Shown: positions 13,034 through 26,340 of the stretch, in pieces
Numbering within the stretch: position 1 is the stretch's first letter
How the letters are laid out: each line of letters starts with the position of its first letter
Origin: Camelus ferus
Lineage: Eukaryota
Direction: 5' to 3'
NCBI RefSeq assembly: GCF_009834535.1
Contig: NC_045707.1
Coordinates: forward strand, 14,446,001-14,510,000
Length of the DNA: 64,000 nucleotides
Notes under the pieces: model-generated
What the model was told of the DNA's origin: nothing
Database searches by the model: none
What the model saw: only the letters and a program-made list of their open reading frames with translations
Position numbers and translations under genes: made by a program

Positions 13034-13972
13034 GTGGCCTTGAGGAACCACAGCACCATCACCGAGTTTATTCTCACTGGGCTGTCTGATGACCCCCACA
13101 TCGAGGCTCTGCTCTTTGTGCTCTTCCTGGTGTTTTATATCCTGACCATGATGGGGAACCTGACGATGATGCTGGTGATCAGGGCTGACTCCCACCTCCA
13201 CAAGCCCATGTACTTCTTTCTGAGTCATCTATCATTCGTGGACCTCTATTTATCTTGTGTCGTTGTGCCTAAGCTACTGAAGGACCTCCTGTCTGAGCAG
13301 AAAACCATCTCGGTAGAAGGTTGTCTGGCCCAGATCTTCTTCGTGTTCCTCGGTCCAGGGAATGAAGCTTATCTGCTCTCTGCCATGGCCTATGACCGCT
13401 ATGCCGCCATCTGCCACCCGCTGGTCTATGGCCAAGTGATGAGCCACCAGCTCTGTGTGAGGCTGGTGGTGATCTCGTGGGGTCTGGCCTCTCTCAATGC
13501 AGTCATCATTGAGCTTTTGGCTATTAACCTGGACTTCTGTGATGCTCAAACCATACACCACTACATGTGTGAGCTGCCCTCCCTCTTCCCTCTGTCTTGC
13601 TCTGATATCTCCATCAGTATCAGTATCTTGTCCTTATCCACTATATTCCTTGGGTTTGGAAACTTCCTCCCAATCTTCTTCTCCTATGTCCGTATTATAC
13701 TCAACATCCTGAGCATCAGCTCCACCGCAGGCAGAAGCAAGGCCTTCTCCACCTGCTCCTCCCACCTCGTTGCGGTGATCCTGTTCTTCGGCTCAGGGAT
13801 GCTTCGCTATCTCATGCCTCCCTCTGGTTCCTCCCTTAATTTACTCTTCTCCATACAGTACAGTGTGATCACACCCCTGCTGAATCCCCTCATCTACAGC
13901 CTCAAAAACAAGGAGGTAAAGACAGCTGTGAAAAGGACACTGGGGAAATATTTGCAATATTTCAGGTGGTGA
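13034..13972 (+). pseudogene. OR8S1: OR8S1-like paralog B: full-length open frame (312 codons) but initiator ATG is GTG; start-lost pseudogene or split-exon gene
   Basis: cctccacaaGTGgccttgagg aligns with cctccacaaATGgccttgagg of paralog C. All OR motifs intact, no stops or frameshifts. Acceptor AG at 13017-13018, 15 nt in frame upstream. Confidence 0.8.
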
Positions 13973-14174
13973 ACTAAGTCACATTTACTCAGTATAATTG
14001 CGAGAATTATATTCCCTGAATTTAATGCAGATTTGCTGAGTGTGAATTCAGCCTTCTTGGTAATTCAGCTGCTCTCACACTCCGCTTGGAAGATACAAGC
14101 TTCTACTGATGGTGTTACATCTCCCTACAGTGAGGCCATCACAAATAAATCGGTCTTCAAGACCTCTTAACTAA

Positions 14175-14175
<1 letters not shown>

Positions 14176-14206
<31 letters not shown>
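14176..14206 (+). repeat. (CAA)n microsatellite
   Basis: About 10 perfect CAA units. Confidence 0.95.
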
Positions 14207-14207
<1 letters not shown>

Positions 14208-15309
14208 AAACCCCACAAAGATGGAGATCGAGTTTTATAAATTTTGACAAAAAATAAAGTTGAACTAAGGAAATAATTTTTCTGGTGGGTCACAACAAAA
14301 TTTCTACATTCTTTGGGTACACCTATCTATTGAACTCTGTGTTCCTTGTTCCCTGACTGCTGCTCTTACTGCTCCTGTGCACTTGCCTCCACATTTTGCA
14401 GAGTCTGAACTGAGCCTCTGTTGTTTTCTCAGTGGATGCCTCAACCCTGTGTGCAGCCAACAGACCCAGGAGAGGCTTCTTAGAAGAGGTATTTTACCGG
14501 GAACTAAACCGTATTCCTTCCTTCCTTTAGGCCTGAAGGAAGCCCTGAACTGACTACATAGATGACCTAAACAACCATTCCTGGGGTCAACACAGGAGCA
14601 GTCTTTTCTTACAAATCACTGCAGCTGTTACCAAATTAAGAGGCTTATAATAATGACATCACTTCTAATAACACTTTAAAATTCTTACAATTTGCTCATA
14701 GAATAGCAAATAATGTCCCCTAACTCAACAATCACCTTCATTTACACTCTAACACATACTGAAAGACTTTTAAAACAAGTTAAAACTTTATTTCCCATGT
14801 AGATCTAAGTAGATAGGAGACAATTTCCTGAGTTTCTCTTGGACTTAGAATGGCACGGGAGGACAGAAGAAGATTTCAGTGTTTCCGCTAGAGGTGTTGG
14901 ATATTACCTTATAGTGAGAGCGCTAGTGACCAGCGAAGTGTACCATGAGTGGAATAAGGAGTTGAATCAGAGGATTCAGCGTGGTCAGTATTGCCAACAA
15001 CTGGATGAGGAAGATTAAAGACACAGATTGCCAGCAGGGAGTGAGACATACCTAAGGCCAAGAAGGGATGGGTCCTTTGTGGAGCAGGAGGCTGGTAGAG
15101 GACTAAGGAAGCCACTGATGTGAAGTAGATGTCCCGTCACAAACACCACAGTGGGTGCCGGCACAAAGCATAACATTACCTGTGACAACAGACATGAAGA
15201 TGAAAATGTGAGTATCTTTAAACCATGTATGACTGAGGAATTATGAAATTTCACTGAGCTCGTAATTAAGTGACTGGAATAAGTTTCTGCATCAGACTTA
15301 ACTGGTAGC

Positions 15310-15560
15310 TTATCAATATTGTACTGTAACTTAAAAATTTGCTAAGAGGGTAGATCTTATGTTAAATGTTCTTATCACAATAAAATAAAATAAAGAAGGC
15401 TGGATGAAACTTTTGAAGTTGATGAATATGTTTATGGCATTGATTGTCATGATGGCTTCACAAGGGTACACTTATCTCCAAACTCATGAAGTTGTATACA
15501 TTAAATATGTATGACCTTTTTTTATGTCGGTCATACCTCAATAAAGTGATATTTTTAAGA
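15310..15560 (+). mobile_element. Old L1 (L1M-type) 3' end fragment
   Basis: aaatttgctaagagggtagatcttatgttaaatgttcttatcac...tatacattaaatatgt...cctcaataaag is typical of L1M 3' UTRs. Confidence 0.75.
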
Positions 15561-15969
15561 AAGGATTGTTTATGTCACCAGAGGGAATGAAACCATCCCA
15601 TTATATGTTAAATCTAAATTTGGCAGTGGAGATTTTAGGCAAATTCACATTTATTTAGATGGACTTGTCAGTAATTTGTCTTGAGAACTGGTTTGAGCTA
15701 ATTAATCCTGGGCCATCTACCCCCACCGACCAGTTCCTCATGCTATAAAATAGTCTCTCATTCCAGAAATACGTATAAGAAATACCAGTGGCAGCAGTGG
15801 TGGGGTGGAAGCCAGATATCAGGGTGCTGAGTAAGTAGGAAGATATAAAATAAAACAGTTAATTTAGATCACACTGTCAAGGAATTTAGTATTAAAAAGA
15901 ATGAAAGCAAGAAAAAAAAAGAATGAAAGAGGAAAGTAACAATAGATGGTGTCAAGATGAGAAATTTTG

Positions 15970-16130
15970 TTTCATTTTTTTAATTGAAGTATATTTGATT
16001 TTCAGTGGTGTGTTAGTTTTGGGTGTACATCAAAGTGATTCGATTATACGTATACAAATTTTTTTCATATTCTTTTCCATTATGGTTATTACAAGATATT
16101 TCATATACTTTCCGGTGCTAAATTTTTGAT
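15970..16130 (-). mobile_element. L1 3' terminal fragment
   Basis: tttttttaattgaagtatatttgattttcagtggtgtgttagttttgggtgtacatcaaagtgattc... is an inverted L1 3' UTR. Confidence 0.75.
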
Positions 16131-19100
16131 TTTTTAATAAAAAGATCTGACCATATTTATGTATAAAGAGGGAGAAGTATGAGACTGGTTAAGTCTAATC
16201 TCCACTCCTAGACTTGTCATTTGTGACCGAGGGACTGGATTGTTTATACCCAGGTAATGGGCTGATCGGAGAACGGAGGTTGGGCTACTACAATTCAGGT
16301 GCACTTAAGCCCAGAAGGTGGGAAGTCATCCCTAAACTCCTTTTTCTCCTTCACTGTTTGGATCTACCAGCTGTTCTTGTTCCTCCTCCCATTCACACTG
16401 CACTTGGTGTTGGGTTCAGTATAAACATTTTTCCATAGGTATTAATATGCTATTTCATCCCATCTTTTAAAATAAAATCATTATCCTTTCTCATCTCTGT
16501 TGTCCTCGGCCTTATCTCTCTTTTATCTTTAAACTCATGCTCATCTCTTCATAACATACTGATTCACCAACTAGGACTGTCAAGGTACAAAGATGAATGA
16601 AGACACAGCTTCTGCTTTCAGGCAGACTGTCTAGTGGAAATAACAGATATGTAAACAGGTAACTGTGTCATAATTGTGGGATTTTTATTTCAGGCTATGT
16701 ACAAGATGCTTCTAGAGATCAGAAGATGGATACTTAATGCAATCTTGGTGTGGAACATCAGTAGAAATTTATGTAAATCAATGGACTTATTACTAAGGGA
16801 TATTCCCTGAAGCGGTGCCTCCAGGTCCTTGAGTCTTTATCATCAGTAACTGATGCAGTTTGACAGTATTGATGATCCTTTTCTTTCTCTGGTGACTCTG
16901 GTTTTGGATCCTCTAAATGTCACTCCTGGATCCAAAGACAACCCCACCTCAGTCTATTTGCAGTTTCCCCTTCCTTACTATCTCTATAAGCGATACTATT
17001 CCACAATTCTGTCCTTGGGAAGCTTCCTTTTCCGTACAGTCTTTCTTGGGATCAGTCTATTCACCACCATGGTTTTAATGACCACTTATATGGTTATGAC
17101 TCTCTAATCTGTATCTTTTGTCCAAACTAACCTCCTGACCGTAGACCCACACATCCTACCACATGTGACACATATATCTCAAGTGCAGCATATACAAAAT
17201 AGAGTATGTTTATTCGTACCTTTACATAACAAATATTAAAATACCTACTATGAACCAAGGACTCCATGAAACCTATTCTCCATTATGTCATTCTCATACA
17301 TTTTTCTCATTGATAAGAGTATAAAATTCTCATAGTCCTGTTGGTTGCGCCTGACTGGCGGCATAAATGAAATTATGAATATCACAAAAACTTACTGCTT
17401 GAAAACCATGCTTTGCCTCCAACTGTCTCATCTTCTACGTCACTTTTATTATTTTCATTTAAAATGAAGGGCTAAACCAGATCAAATGTTTTCAAACATA
17501 TTTCAGCCTTGAATATATTATTTTTTATCTTACATACAAACATAAACAAACAAAAGGACTGTTCTGGATCAGCTGGCGGCTTGAAAAGTTCTAGTGCCAC
17601 TCACATATGCCCCTCTCTTCCCAGACGACCAAGAAGGCGACACGAAATCACTACTGGTCAACCAGTAAGACGGGTCTGTCTCTCACTCACTCATGTCAAG
17701 TCCTAAATGGCCAGAAATGATAACGACTCTTACCTTATTTATACTCATGTTTTCAGATGCAATGCCAGTAAAAGATCAATATTTCCCCAACCCCACAAAA
17801 ATCATACAAAATTGGCTTTTACTACAAAAGGTAACGTTTGCTTTCTAGAATTAAAATATTTATTTGTTGACGTGCCGTCAGACAGGAAGCAGTCATCTGA
17901 GTCTGGATTTAACCTCTCTCAAAGGATGACCGTTAAAGACAATGCCTGCTTTCACCTAGGAGGACTTAAGAGGATGAGCAAGAGCACATCCCGTTCTGGA
18001 ACCTCTCACATCTCTCTCAGTGCCTGGCACTCACTCTTTACTGAAGAAATGGAGACTAAATAAATGTTTTATTGATGTTTGCATCACGTGGGCTAATTTG
18101 AGTAAATCTCCTGTGTTTGTTACATACACATAAATTGCATTAGAGTGTTGGTGACTCTTTTGCCTCAAATAAGGAATAAAAATTTTTGACTTTAGACATT
18201 TTATAATCCCATTATAGGATTTATTTAAAATAACTGATTATATACTTGAATCATTACTCTTTAACAAACTCTTTTAAAGTTTCACTATATGCTTACAATG
18301 GAAACTCTTAAAGCTCAATAATTTTCTCAAGGTAAGAGTTATCTCCTCTTGTTTAGTTGTTATAATAGACAATCCTGTTGTGAAAATAAGGAAAACTCAA
18401 ATGTACACTCAAAAAAGACCTGGAGATCAGCACTGTGTCATAGCTCAGCTCCCGTGACAATTCCTTAAGAGCATTCTCAGCTCCATGTTGCCTGAGGAAA
18501 CTGTCCATTTCTCAGCAAATAAATATTTCTTTAAATCTCTGTATTATTCTCCCTTTCTCCTTTTCTTAGCGCCACCCCAAGCCTAATAAGAATTCTCTTC
18601 TAGGTTTTAAATAATTGCCTTACTTCAGAAACTCCAAATACTGCTCTAGAGAGAATCTCTTGTGCCTCCTACTAAGTGCAACCTTCTGGTTAACTGGAAA
18701 CTGTGTACTTAGTGAGTCCAGAGCTTGGCTTCAGGCTGGGACTTCAGAGAATACAGAGCAGTGGCCCCGCTGCCCCTGGGTGCCCAACGCAGCCCACAGC
18801 TGCCTAAGAAAATCACCTCCTGATTGGTTCCATTAGAGTGATTTCCTAAAACCATGCTCTTAAAAGAGTGTTCAGAACCACAGAGGAGACAAAGAGAAGG
18901 CACATTACTGCACCTGAGATCATGCGAGAAGCTTTTCACAAAATATTTGCCTGCTGTACAAGTTTTGGGGAAACTGTCCTTGCCTTTCTATACTGGATCC
19001 TGAGTTCCAGCATGACCCCACTCTAGGCTTAGTTATTCAGGGGAATATCCTGATACTGCGGCATACCCAGTGCTTCCAGGGCTTGAGCTATTCGAACGTC

Positions 19101-21131
19101 CTAAATTAGTTGATGGCAAAGAGAAAAAGCTACCTACTCTGTAAAGGGTCAGACTCCTGTGACAGACGTTCTCTTGCAGGGAGACTTTACCTATGACTTG
19201 CCTAACCATGATGGCAAGGATGGAACATATGGAGCTGCCTCTTCCCAGAAGAGCCAGGAGAATGGTAATGTCGTCTCTGATTTTCTGGTATTCCACCTAT
19301 TTTTCCACCTGTAAAGTTCTGTGTGTGTTTTAATTCTGCTGTTTATTCTCTCCCCCACCTCCACCTCCTGCCACTTCATGATCCATTCCATTAGTCCTAA
19401 AGCAGGAGGCTCCTGATCCACCCATTCCTCAACCCTAAACTATCCTACTCCTCGGCAGATCATCTCTCCTGGATGAGACTCTGACATCTGTTTCTCCAAA
19501 TGGTGCATTTATACAACTGCTTTGGACACCTTCTCAGAAAGGTCTTTCTTCCCTCCCTGCTTAACAGCTGAGGAAAATGACACTTTAAAATATGAACATA
19601 AATCCTCTTGCTTTAGGATTGCAAAAGATTGCAAAAAGCCAAAGCCTGGAATTGAAATGCGGACATCAGAGATAGATATTGCACTGTTTTGAGGTACTTA
19701 TTTATCTGCTTGCTCAGTACTCCAGTTAGAAGAACTGCAGTAGATTTTTTTTCTGTTATTAACATCACCCTCATATCTAGTAACCATGGAGACACTGTGC
19801 CTAGTGTGAAGGAGCACAGGAGGGGACAGCTCTGACAATCATTTCGAGTGGATGAAGCTTGCCTTTGGTCCTTCCTGCCTCCGGAGCTGATATTCTTCTC
19901 CCAAGTTCAGATTCCTCCCCCTGCACCTAGGGTCTGACTGTTACCCCTCAACCCACTCAAGTCACTCTGTCCAGCCTGACCCTCCACACACACCCTTCAC
20001 TCATTTCTTTATTCCAGAAACATTTTTAAGCAGTCAATGTAAGCAAGGCTCTTTGACAGACACCTAAAGAACCTCTTTATTTTATGCTCTCAAATAGCTG
20101 ATCCTTGAGTGAGATCAGGTAACTAACATATCTCCATCAGTTCCTTTTAACTTTGGGCTTAATCCTAAATCAGTGAAATAAACCTGTGATTTTCTGTATT
20201 AACAGCTGAATTAGAGAAGATATTGAATTTAATGAACCTCCTGAAAACCATAAATTCATAAACATACCCAATAACCTGCTTCATCTCTTTGTAGGAGAAA
20301 TTGATCCAGGCGTGTCATGGATATGAAGTGTCTGTTGGTAAAATGGTGACAAGGGTGCTTATCTAAAACACTTCTGAAATCCTCATTTTACATCTCCTGC
20401 CCCTCCATGATCAACCTCCCTGTCTTTCCCTTTAGTCTTTTCCTGCTCTCACCCAATATTGTAAATCTGGCATCAGTCTTTTATACAGTAGGATTCAATG
20501 AAGCCAACATCTTTCCTTCCTAAGAGTGACCGCAAGTGTGACTTATTTTTATGCTTAAAAATGCTTTTATGCTTATGATCTAGAATTCAAATGAAAAGCA
20601 TTGTCCCTGGTCATGAAAGAAACCTTGGGCATCAGTCTGAGGTGTTATCTAGGAATGGTGAGGGAGAGGGAGGTTCCTTTCTTAGTGATAACTTGAAAAT
20701 TACACGCAGAGAAGTAGCTGCCGCCTTCATTCATATAAAGTGTGGATGTTGGACAGGACAGAACATGATTCTCTGCAAATACTACAGTTCTTAAGGCCAG
20801 GTTCTTAATATGAGAGCTTGAAGCCCCTGTGGACACTGTGGCCAGGTCCCCCTTTGTGAGTGAAAGTGGAGGAATGGAAGCAATTTTCAAGATAGCCGTA
20901 TCAATAAATATTTTGAAATATCTAAATTTTGGGAAAGACTGGCTTCTGTTCGTCATTTCACTTTGCTGGTAGAGATTCAAGATACTGCTTTCAACAGCAT
21001 TGACACTTGTATCCATGCAGGATCCTCAAAAGTAATTTCTCCAGCTGGTTCTGCTTCACCAACAGAAGATCAAAGGTAACCTCCTGAAGACACACAAAGG
21101 TGAACATTGCCCTGTTTTTCCTGGCACATAG

Positions 21132-21286
21132 GTTTGTTAAAGAAATCAGAATTTAAGCTTCACTTGATATAAGTTCTCTTGATATAAGCTTCTCTTGATA
21201 TAAGTTCTTTTGATATGTTTGTTAAAGAAATCAGAATTTAAGCTTCTCTTGATGTAAGTTCTTGATATAAGTTCCATCTCTTGATG
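21132..21286. repeat. Local tandem expansion (~15-bp ttctcttgatataag units plus a duplicated 30-bp block)
   Basis: gtttgttaaagaaatcagaatttaagcttc occurs twice with several ttctcttgatataag units; single-copy in the paralogous block near 10905-10930. Confidence 0.85.
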
Positions 21287-23337
21287 ATAGATTGTTGGCA
21301 AGCTGTATAGGTCAGAAACAGAGCTCTCTGAATCAGCAAGACGGTATAATTTTGTGAGGACAGAAGCCTCTCATGGGATCAGATTGTGGACTGATGGACA
21401 AAAACAGAATACTGGCCAATTAGCCCCAAAATGTCCAAGTGAGGCAGGAACCATCACATAAGACAGTGACTTACCACAAAGTCCTAGAAATTAGGGTTCA
21501 AAGTGATTCTTAGTATCGGCACTAATATAAACTACTCACCAGTGATCCTCTTGGACACAAAGCTGATACCTAGAGTAAGAGGGTGAAAAAGAAGTTTAAA
21601 AGAAAACTGTAAGAATCTTTTCACTCTGACCCTCCTGGGGCAACAGAGTATCCATACCATGAATGCAAGAGCTTCTTGTAATGGTGGCAAATGTGCTAGT
21701 GGATTATACAAAAAAGAGAGGGCATCAAAGGATGTTGCAAGGACATGAGACAGCACATTCAGCAGCAGTAGCCCCTATGCAACATAGGCAGGCAGCATGG
21801 CATCGCTGGTGGACAATAACATCAGTAACGTTTCTGCCAGGCAGTAGTACAACTGGGGCCACTGGAATGAAGGGATGAGACTTTGCTTAGAGGAGTCAGG
21901 AGGGCTTGTCTGAGGCACAAATGAGATGCCATAGAGAGATCATTCCAAGATAATCTAAGAGGAATTTGAGAGGTGATCAGAAGCTCATGGGTGGGGACAG
22001 AGTGGATGGGGACAGAGCCAGAGAAATGCTGATTTATCATTGTTGTTGTTAAGTTATAGCCCTTATTATCAAGGAACTCACAATCCAGGGAGGAAAACCA
22101 AGATGTATATTTAACATGAGAAAAGAAACAGAATTTAGACTATGACATAAGGCAGCTGAGACCAAGGGGTCCAGTGATTTCAACAGAGAGCTGTGGGTTA
22201 AAGGGTAGAGCAGGCAAGACAGGCTCTAAGGAAATAAGTCGGTTTATAGGGCACATTGGAAGGGCCAGGAGAATTTGAATCAGTGGAATTAGGAGGACAT
22301 TTGAAAGAAGAAGAATAGAAATAGACCTTTCTGTATTGAAAGCAGCCAAAATGGCTAAAAGGTTAAGGGGCAGATGAGGAAGTGCTCTTAATGTCAGAGT
22401 AAGAAAAGTGTTCCTTATTCCTGGGGACTAAGCCTAGATATTGGGCTGATAATGTTAGAACATAATGTGGTTTATTTCCTGTTTCTTCTACTTGTCAACA
22501 TGACATTGCCAAATATTCTTTAGTAGCAGACTTCTCCTGGGTAAATGGGGATAAAATTCCCTGTCCCAAGGATAATAATTCCCTGTCAAAACTCACAGCA
22601 TTGCCTTGAAACAATTAAGATAATTAATAAAGTTCTCTGTATTTAATACAATCCTATTAAACTGAAATGTGCTATTTATGAAGGACGGAGCAGGGCACAT
22701 CATGACTTTCATTGGCCCCAGGCACTTATGCCACTGTAGTCCCCTCCTTGATAAAATATATTAAAATTTATGCTTTATGATCACAGTTATAGAGAGAAAT
22801 AGAATCCAGGCTGCATTTTTTTCCTTCTGATCTTTAAAAAAACAAAACAAAACATTTCCATCAGCCGTAAAAGAATTGTGGCCCTTGGCACTGTACCTAC
22901 TGCTCCAACTGGATGTCAATCCTATTAAGATTTTGAACAACAACAAAAAAATATGATTGGGAAACTGAAGAGAGAAGAGAAGGTTTAGATTTGTGCTAGA
23001 ACTTGTGCTAGAAATTTTAGAATTTCTAAAGGATAGGAAGGACGGAGTGAAATCTAAATACTGTGAAGGTAGAGGTAAGCCAGAGATACTCATTTTCCCA
23101 GTAAATGCCTATGGAAGAAGAATGGGATTCTCTGAAGTATGTGAAGACTGGGACCCAAGATCAGTGACCACAAAACAGGATGAAAACACTGAGATACAGT
23201 TAGGGCAGCTTTGAGATGTCTGAGTGCAGAGTCTAAGCAGAGCAGGGAAGGATGTGTGAGAAGAGGGGTGAAGCTCTGGAGGAGACAGACGCTCTCATCC
23301 CTCTTTCTATTTCACTCCAAAGAAAGGTCCTCCACAA

Positions 23338-24273
23338 ATGGCCTTGAGGAACCACAGCACCATCACTGAGTTTATTCTCACTGGGCTGTCTGATGACCCC
23401 CACATCGAGGCTCTGCTCTTTGTGCTCTTCCTGGGGATCTACCTCCTGACCATGATGGGGAACCTGATGATGCTGCTGGTGATCAGGACTGACTCCCACC
23501 TCCACACGCCCATGTACTTCTTCTTAAGTAACCTCTCATTCCTAGACCTCTGCTTCTCTTCTGTCACTGTGCCCAAGCTACTGAAGGACCTCCTGTCTGA
23601 GAAGAAAACCATCCCTGTTGAGGGCTGCCTGACTCAAGTCTTCTTTGTGTTTATCACTGCAGGGACCGAAGCCTTTCTGCTCTCAGTGATGGCCTATGAC
23701 CGCTATGTCGCCATCTGCCATCCACTGTTTTATAGCCAAGTGATGAGCAGCCAGTTCTGCATAAAGCTTGTACTGGCCTCCTGGGGTCTGGCCTCTTTCA
23801 ATTCAGTCATCATTGTGCTTTTGGCTATTAACCTGGACTTTTGTGAGGCTCAAATCATACACCACTACACATGTGAACTGCCCTCCCTCTTCCCTCTGTC
23901 TTGCTCTGATATCTCTGTCAGTATTGACATCTTGATCTGCTTAATCTTACTGCATGGTTTTGGAACGTTCCTCCCAGTCTTCTTCTCTTATGTTCGCATT
24001 GTCTCCACCATCCTGAGCATCAGCTCCACTACAGGCAGAAGCAAGGCCTTCTCCACCTGCTCCTCCCATCTCATTGCGGTGATCCTGTTCTTTGGCTCAG
24101 GTTTTGTTCGCTATCTCATGCCTTCCTCTGGTTCCTCCCTGGATTTGCTCTCCTCCTTGCAGTATAGTGCGGTCACACCCATGCTGAACCCCCTCATCTA
24201 CAGCCTCAAGAACATGGAGGTGAAGGCAGCTGTGAAAAGGGTGTGGGAGAAATACCTGCAATATTTTAGGTAG
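23338..24273 (+). CDS. OR8S1: Olfactory receptor, OR8S1-like paralog C (311 aa, intact)
   Basis: ATG-initiated ORF with NHS sequon, LHTPMYFFL, MAYDRYVAICHPL, KAFSTCSSHL and [12 protein letters not shown]. Acceptor AG at 23321-23322. Confidence 0.95.
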   Translation: MALRNHSTITEFILTGLSDDPHIEALLFVLFLGIYLLTMMGNLMMLLVIRTDSHLHTPMYFFLSNLSFLDLCFSSVTVPKLLKDLLSEKKTIPVEGCLTQVFFVFITAGTEAFLLSVMAYDRYVAICHPLFYSQVMSSQFCIKLVLASWGLASFNSVIIVLLAINLDFCEAQIIHHYTCELPSLFPLSCSDISVSIDILICLILLHGFGTFLPVFFSYVRIVSTILSISSTTGRSKAFSTCSSHLIAVILFFGSGFVRYLMPSSGSSLDLLSSLQYSAVTPMLNPLIYSLKNMEVKAAVKRVWEKYLQYFR

Positions 24274-25499
24274 TGAACAAGGACACAGAATAAGAGCAAA
24301 TGAGTTTGTGTTGCCAAGTGCTTGGACTTAAGGTAGAATTCTAGACCACTAACTTTAAGGGAGCCCTGTACCACCCTCTCCCTGGCTATCTTGAGAATGA
24401 AAAATAAAATACAAGAAATTATATCTTGTTTATGGCTGTAGATCTGTGCTCTATTTTTCCTCCTACTCTCTCACACCACCACCTCCACTTTCTTTCTGGA
24501 ACTCAGACGTTTTGCATTTCCTGAATTAATCATTTATGTATCTTGTCACTCATTTTTTGTCTTATTGATTGACTTTGGTAAAGATTTTATTCAATTTGTT
24601 GTTCTCTGTGGTATTTAATTTTATTTATTCTTTATAATGTTAAAGTTTTAAATACATATTTATAAGTTTAAACCTTAAGAACAAAATATGTTGGCACCTC
24701 CCATGAAAGATTATAGATTTATTTTACTTTAACAAACTCTCTCTTCTCTCTGCCACGTCCCTTCCTCCCTTTTTTTCTACCTTCTGTAATTTTTTTCCTG
24801 GTAATCTTCCACAAATTATTCTATTTACATTTTGTGACATTCAAATCAAGTATATTATGGATTTTAATTATAATTTCTATGGTCATTTGGGCTCATTCTA
24901 ATTTGAGCTTATTTGATATTCACTGGTATTCCTTTAATAGCACGTTCCTCCGTTTTTTCTTTTCCACAGTAGAGCATAATGGTTAGATGCATAGTCTTAC
25001 ACGGCCAGTTGCCTGTATTCCTACCCTCACTGCCTGATAAGCTTTATGACGCTGGTAAATTACTTCATTTCTCTGTCTCAGTTTCCTAGGTGTAAAATTG
25101 GGGTAATAACAGTGCCTACGTTACAGAGGTATTGTGAGAATTAAATGAAATGAACACACAGAGCCCTGGAACACGAATACTCACCACCTGAGTGTTACTC
25201 ATCAGTTATTCATGAGTTCTTTATTTCATTCTGCTTTTATTTTTTTGTAATGTGCACTTATCCAGATTTTTTTAAGAAATAGACATTATGAAATATTCTA
25301 AGACCTCGTATATCTGTGAACCTCTTTATTTTGACCTACATATGAATAAAAGGTGGCCTAATTGTAGAATTTGGGGATTCTTATCTTTTTACCTCTGTAT
25401 AGATTATACGTTGTCATATTGTAGCTAATATTCTTCGGAAGAGTAAAGGTAGCAGGACATTTTTGTCACAAACAAAAGAAAGAAAACAAAATAGTGCCA

Positions 25500-26340
25500 A
25501 GAGAGCACAAAAACTTTTTTTTAAGTTTTAAAAATGATAACATCACAGAAAAATTCAAGAAGCACATATTATAACAATAACAGAAATATAAATTCATCAA
25601 ATAAAAGGAAAAGACTTTAAGAGTGGGTCAAAAAAGTTACATGATATATATACACAATAAAGACTTCAAACAAAGTGACTCATGAAGGTTGACAGTTTTT
25701 TTAGTTGTTCAAAGATCTATTTATTTATTTATAATGGAGGTACTGGGGATTGAACCCAGGACCTCTTGCATGCTAAGCAAGCACTCAACCACTGAGCTAT
25801 ACCCTCTCCCACAAAAATATTTTAAAATAAATACAACTACAAAAATTTTTCATTTATTATGCAATATAAAAAGAGGTGAAACTGACATCAAAAACATAAA
25901 AGGGGAAAGTGAAAGGGTAGAGATTTTGCATGTAATTGAAGTTAAGTTGTTATCAGCCCAGATGAAACTCTTATGAGATGTCTAAGTTTCACAGTAACCA
26001 CAAAGCAAAAACCTACAGTATATACACAAAAGTTAAAGAGAAGGGAATCAAAACGTATCGATATAGAAAATCATCAGGTCACAAAAGAAGACAGCAAGAG
26101 AGGAGGAAAGAACAAAGAAACTACAAATAGCATTAGCAATTCCTTGCCTATCAATAATTACTCTGTATGTAAACGGATTGAATTCTCCAACAAGAGGCAT
26201 AGAGTGGCAGAATGGATTTAAAAAAAAAAAGATAAATAAGTTCTGGAGATCTAATGAACAGCAATGTGAATATAGTTAATCATAGTGTGTTACATACTTG
26301 AGATTTACTAAGAGGGTGGTTCTTAACTGTTTTCACCACA
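25500..26340 (+). mobile_element. Degenerate L1 fragments (with a SINE inserted)
   Basis: L1-like ORF2 start region (tcaataattactc..aaacggattgaattctccaa..agaggcatagagtggcagaatggatt) and a 3' UTR piece. Confidence 0.6.
25718..25810 (-). mobile_element. Camelid tRNA-derived SINE
   Basis: Reverse complement of gggagagggtatagctcagtggttgagtgcttgcttagcatgcaagaggtcctgggttcaatccccagtacctcca with an (AAAT)n tail. Confidence 0.9.

Larger units (their letters stand above)
7700..24300 (+). repeat. Old tandem duplication, period ~10.3 kb (about 7700-14000 vs 17750-24300), each unit = upstream region + OR8S1-like gene
   Basis: Colinear homologous blocks: tctctcaaaggatg (7.9k/17.9k), ctgattggttcc (8846/18820), tatccatgcaggatcctca (10.74k/21.01k), tcactctgaccc (11.49k/21.62k), tctctgaagt-tgtgaagact (12.79k/23.13k), OR starts 13034/23338. 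Confidence 0.88.

Noticed and set aside
14880-15250. Purine-rich segment that might be a retrocopy or ERV fragment
   Set aside because: I could not recognise any protein or repeat family; needs BLAST/Dfam.
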